NCBI GenBank assembly: GCA_910592345.1
Contig: CAJVPI010000305.1
Location: 1-36,081, forward strand
DNA from: Paraglomus brasilianum
Lineage: Eukaryota
Direction of reading: 5' to 3'
Length of the DNA stretch: 36,081 nucleotides
Part shown: positions 35,409 through 36,081 of the stretch, one piece after another
Numbering within the stretch: the first letter of the stretch is position 1
How the letters are laid out: each line of letters starts with the position of its first letter
Program-made: the position numbers and the translations under genes
The notes under the pieces: generated by a model
Told to the model about the DNA's origin: nothing
The model's database searches: none
The model's input: only the letters and a program-made list of their open reading frames with translations

Positions 35409-36010
35409 TTAATGGGCATTGAAATAACGGAGAGGAAATATTTTATTTGTTGCCAGTATACTGTAGGTTGGTTTTGAACAAGTAATATCCTTGAAATCCC
35501 TAACAAATGGGCCAGAAACGCTTGCTTTTCTGGTTTTTAACAAATTAAATTCGGTAAAAGAACCATTAGCAACCAGCTGGGCTTTGATAATACCAGGTTT
35601 AGCTGCTTCAAATACAAAATGTTGATATTTTTGCAAACCATTTAATTTTTTCCCAACGCGGAATTAAGATCTAAGTATTGAAAACAATTTCCATTGTCAT
35701 AGCGCTGAGCTATAGATGAAGTACATTATGCGTTACAATGATAACTTCAAGTAAAACGTTTGTCTCACATTTTGATACCATATTAATGTTCTGACCCGTA
35801 GATACTAATCCTAGACGATTATTCGCCCTAGAGTTAAATTTTTTCACAACCTCAACAATATGATCCACACAATCTACTATTGTTTTTCTTAATCAGTCCA
35901 TCACACCTGAATTTAGTATTTCCAGGTACCATGAAATTTAATTCGATACTTTCATAATAACCGCAAATCACTAAATATAAGTAAAATCAAATGGTAGCAT
36001 TACTTTTATT
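35409..36010 (-). mobile_element. Degenerate DDE transposase relic (Sola1-like / DUF7869-type)
   Basis: NKSNATI*FYLYLVICGYYESIELNFMVPGNTKFRCDG-LIKK, IVDCVDHIVEVVKK, AQRYDNG.CFQY, LQKYQHFVFE; matches QNKN...F(M/L)..GHTKF..D pattern; stops and frameshifts. Confidence 0.7.
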
Positions 36011-36081
36011 GGGAGGCATTTATTTCATCGACAATCATTTCATCGACAGTACACTTCACCGACAGTCATTTCACGTGACAC
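36011..36081. repeat. 15-16-bp tandem units (TTTCAYCGACARTCA), probable end of another DNA transposon
   Basis: tttcatcgacaatca / tttcatcgacagtaca / cttcaccgacagtca / tttcacgtgacac, running off the window edge. Confidence 0.7.

Noticed and set aside
4337..36080. GTGACA/TGTCAC as a window-wide enriched motif
   Set aside because: Rough count is close to chance expectation for this composition; only the local doublets were kept

Overview
Eukaryotic, intron-rich (introns mostly ~60-100 nt), AT-rich fungal DNA. It is most likely from an arbuscular mycorrhizal fungus (Glomeromycotina), inferred from a WTSG-type tyrosine-kinase-like pseudogene, an HMG-like relic and transposon relics resembling families expanded in that group. 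Exon joining by hand supports 12 apparently intact genes: RCC1, QTRT2, TRM13, an intronless F-box/ankyrin gene, ALG1, CDC123, MGE1, MIS12, a TBC1D12/14-like gene, IMP2, a Tim17/NDUFA11-like membrane protein gene and KU80. Several sit as very tight head-to-head pairs. Decayed repeats and pseudogenes occupy both ends and 23.0-24.3 kb. The most unusual stretch is a GC/CpG-rich island at ~13.97-15.11 kb where four consecutive segments of one degenerate HMG-box-like gene are each tandemly duplicated, two of them with hairpins. Other points: a TBC protein lacking both catalytic fingers, a GC-AG intron and an ATG-only first exon in KU80, many AAG acceptors, and a candidate unannotated spliced small gene opposite RCC1. 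I found no prokaryote-type system (CRISPR, defence island) and no novel system is firmly established. All family calls come from motif recognition, not database searches.
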